NCBI RefSeq assembly: GCF_026571515.1
Contig: NW_026859820.1
Span: 124,001 to 188,000, forward strand
Direction of reading: 5' to 3'
From: Ruditapes philippinarum
Taxonomy: Eukaryota
DNA length: 64,000 bases
A program made the position numbers and the translations under genes. Under the pieces are notes generated by a model, which worked only from the letters and a program-made list of their open reading frames with translations, did not search any database and was not told the origin of the DNA. Positions 61,101-64,000 of this stretch are shown here, piece by piece; the stretch's first letter is position 1, and each line of letters begins with the position of its first letter.

Positions 61101-62653
61101 TTTAGTATATATTGGTATAAAACTACTGTCACATGCCGATTTATTTGACAAATTTTGAGATTAAGCAATCAGCAGGTAATTGATTGTTATGTAAATGCCC
61201 ACAAGGCATTTTACATATGAAAATGATGAAATTAATTAAACAAGTTGAGTAAAGGCCCCGCCTGATCAGTATGTACAATGTATTTCCAATTTTTTTTTTT
61301 TTTTGCGAAGCAAGGGCTGTTTGTTTTATTGTCGAAGCTCATCTAACAGTCTTTTTTAAAATTATTGATATGTAAATTAAAACATTTAAATTAAAATATT
61401 AAAAAAAAACTAATTAAAAACAAAACATTAGGTAAATCAGTATTTGTAGGTTTAGAGCAGTAGAAAAAAATTTCACGTTAGACATTTACCCTGCAGTCTT
61501 AGTGCCATCATATTCAGAACAAACGAGACAGCCTTAATAAAAAAAATATGGATTCTCCTCCAAACGAAATTATAACAATTGTTAAGGGTTGTAAAGTTCC
61601 AAATAACTAAAAACACTTAAGTCTCATTAAATACTTATGATAGGATAACACAAAGACAATAATAAAGGGTTTTTAATGTCTTTGAAAAATGTAGAGCGAC
61701 CTTAAAATGACCGACAAAGACAAGATGAAACAAGACATTCATGTGACGAAAATGGAGCAGCTTTAGTCAAATAGATATCCATCATGGAGTCTCCCGCTTA
61801 TTAGACTGTCTGATATAACCAAAAGAGTAAAGTGTAGGGCCAGACTTTAATACTTGTCAACTTATCAGGAGTAAGAAATTTTATAAAATCAATTAAAATA
61901 TTGCATCAAATTGTCACCAGGGACGTCAAAATTATTCAAGGTTCGAACAGTTGATAACACATGTAGTAAGTGATGTGTTAGCTTTGCCTTGAATTTACTG
62001 AGAACTAAAACGTAACATTTTTAAAAGGATAAAACGACCATACATACAGGCAGACAGAATGGTGCATTTTGATTTCACAATTAATAGCACACGCTGACCT
62101 ACATACACAAATAACCAGCTTCCTGAAAAAACTATCATTTTTGCCGTACATATTCGATGTAAAATAATTAATGTGAAAATTTATCCCAATATGATAAATC
62201 GTATCTTTCATCTGTATCAACAAATCAAATGTGTATAATTCAAATCAATAAACATTTGAACTGCTGAAGATCTGTTTACACAGTGTCTATCATCACAATT
62301 TCAATATGATATGATCTTTTTGTACCTTACGACCCAGTCAGTATTATCTTATATTTACGCTAAACGTTTTGTTTAATGATTTGATTATTCATATTTAAAA
62401 ATAAGTTAACCAGTAAAAACAGGTAAGTTTATCAAAATGTAAAAAACCCAAGTTAAAAATATCATAAAATCTATAACAAGATGACCTAATATTATGTCAT
62501 ACTTCCTTTTCGTATTTTCAATTGTTTTGTTGGAAGCGGAAAGAGTGGAAGCTTAAAGAAAATTTTTTTTTGCGTATTTGATTCGTTGCTTGGTAAGGAA
62601 GATTTTTATAACATATTCATCCATTTAAGTACTTTGAATTATTGTTAGTAATT

Positions 62654-62830
62654 GGAACCGAAAGTGGTTAAAGCGTCGGACAAGTAGTCTAATGATCGCT
62701 AGCCCCATGGGTTCAAACCCAGTCAGGGACAAGTCGTTATTTCCTTGTGCAAGAAACTTTACACTCATTGCTCAGTACTGGTTGGTTCCAGGAACGGATT
62801 CGAAAGCGTGTCTATAAGCTTATAGATTCC
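62654..62830 (+). mobile_element. tRNA-derived CORE-type SINE
   Basis: AGTGGTTAAAGCG (A-box-like) and GGGTTCAAACCC (B box), then TCCTTGTGCAAGAAACTTTACACTCATTGCTCAGTACTGGTTGGTTCCAGGAACGGATTCG (CORE-like). Confidence 0.75.
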
Positions 62831-64000
62831 TTCACAATCGAGATTAAATAATTTCTGTTTAAACCAAAACCGAAAGTTCTTATATTTTGACACTTGTTTG
62901 TATATTGGTTAAAGCGCAGCTCACATTTTTAAAATTATTATATTATCCTAATTGACGTACTAGCTGTACATTGCGATTGATTCTTATTTTTGATCCATAT
63001 TGATTCAGCTGATCACCATTCGCTCCCAAATCAATTCGCCCCACTTTATAATGGAAACTAGAACACATTATTGACCCTGCAATTATCACGACACTTATTC
63101 GTTTATCAAGGAAACATCGTGTTTTTCAATAGAATAGCATTAATTTATTAAAAAGTAAATTAAATAAGCTTGACAGGATAGATATAATAGTAGCAACATT
63201 TCAGATACGTCTTTTATATCAAATACGTATAAAAGTTTTATATATCTCACCAATATATCATATCAGATTTCTTATTTTAAGGTATAACCACGCTAATAAG
63301 CGCTATAAGGAGCTGTAAAATTTACAAAGAAAGGCACCTGAATGCAAAAAGTAAACTAAATTTACCGTACGGTTTATAAACTATGGGCACTTTTCTAAAC
63401 TATAGTTTGGACATTAGATGGACTCTCTTTAATAACCTCTAAATCATTTATAATATCATCCTTATAAAAACATGTTATCCTATTAATTAGTTTAAGAAAA
63501 AATAATTGTTTCTACCGATTATATATTTGAAATATGTATAAAAGTGTAACCCTACCCCATCCATTTCAAACCCTTATTTTACCATTTTGGCGCTCAGAAT
63601 ATATTCATGATTCAAAATATCCTTTACATTCACTCACACAGGGTAATACTTTCAAAGTTTCCCTATTTTTTCATAGTTTGCAAGTTTTTTAGTTGATCTT
63701 CTTAAATATTTTATACTTTTACTGTGGAATTTTATTGTATTCGATTGTTAGAATATCAGGTACCATATTTGTTATCACATTTATAATTATTTAGCCAATA
63801 AATACCTTTAGTAATTCTATAATTAGAATTAAACATTTTTCCTATCTCTCCAATACTCTTGATAATGAATTACGGGAAATTTTTCCTTTAATTTCAACCA
63901 AAATCTGGCACTAATTTTTGGGTTTTCTTATCGTTTAAAAGTTTTAAATGGATAAACGACTACATGTTTATTTAAATTTTGGATTATATGAAATGTTTAT

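Noticed and set aside
58400-64000. Short ORFs in the distal 5.6 kb
   Set aside because: AT-rich, no coherent exon chain or domain; appears intergenic with repeat relics.

Overview
AT-rich eukaryotic (animal) genomic DNA with GT-AG introns. The repeat content (tRNA-headed SINEs, Helentron/HINE-like elements carrying satellite arrays, a ~237-bp palindromic MITE) suggests a bivalve mollusc; that assignment is inference. Gene models assembled by hand, in order: (1) an intronless Lys/Glu-rich ORF (742-1617, -); (2) a 4-exon secreted single MRH (mannose-6-phosphate-receptor-homology)-like domain protein (7120-9736, +); (3) a complete 9-exon cathepsin L-like protease (12785-22998, +); (4) a ~17-kb cluster of five paralogous single-Ig-domain type I membrane protein genes (23304-40620; four intact, one frameshifted or mis-assembled, plus a duplicated fragment); (5) a 9-exon Cys-rich type I membrane protein with a 9-nt microexon (41395-54405, +); (6) a 1.3-kb Lys/Arg-rich open frame lacking an early ATG (56851-58191, +). 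The Ig paralogs share ectodomain, stalk and TM signatures but carry highly divergent Tyr-motif tails. This cluster is the best candidate for an undescribed system, possibly a lineage-specific receptor family. No CRISPR array, rRNA or intact tRNA is seen. One N gap lies at 50601-50817.
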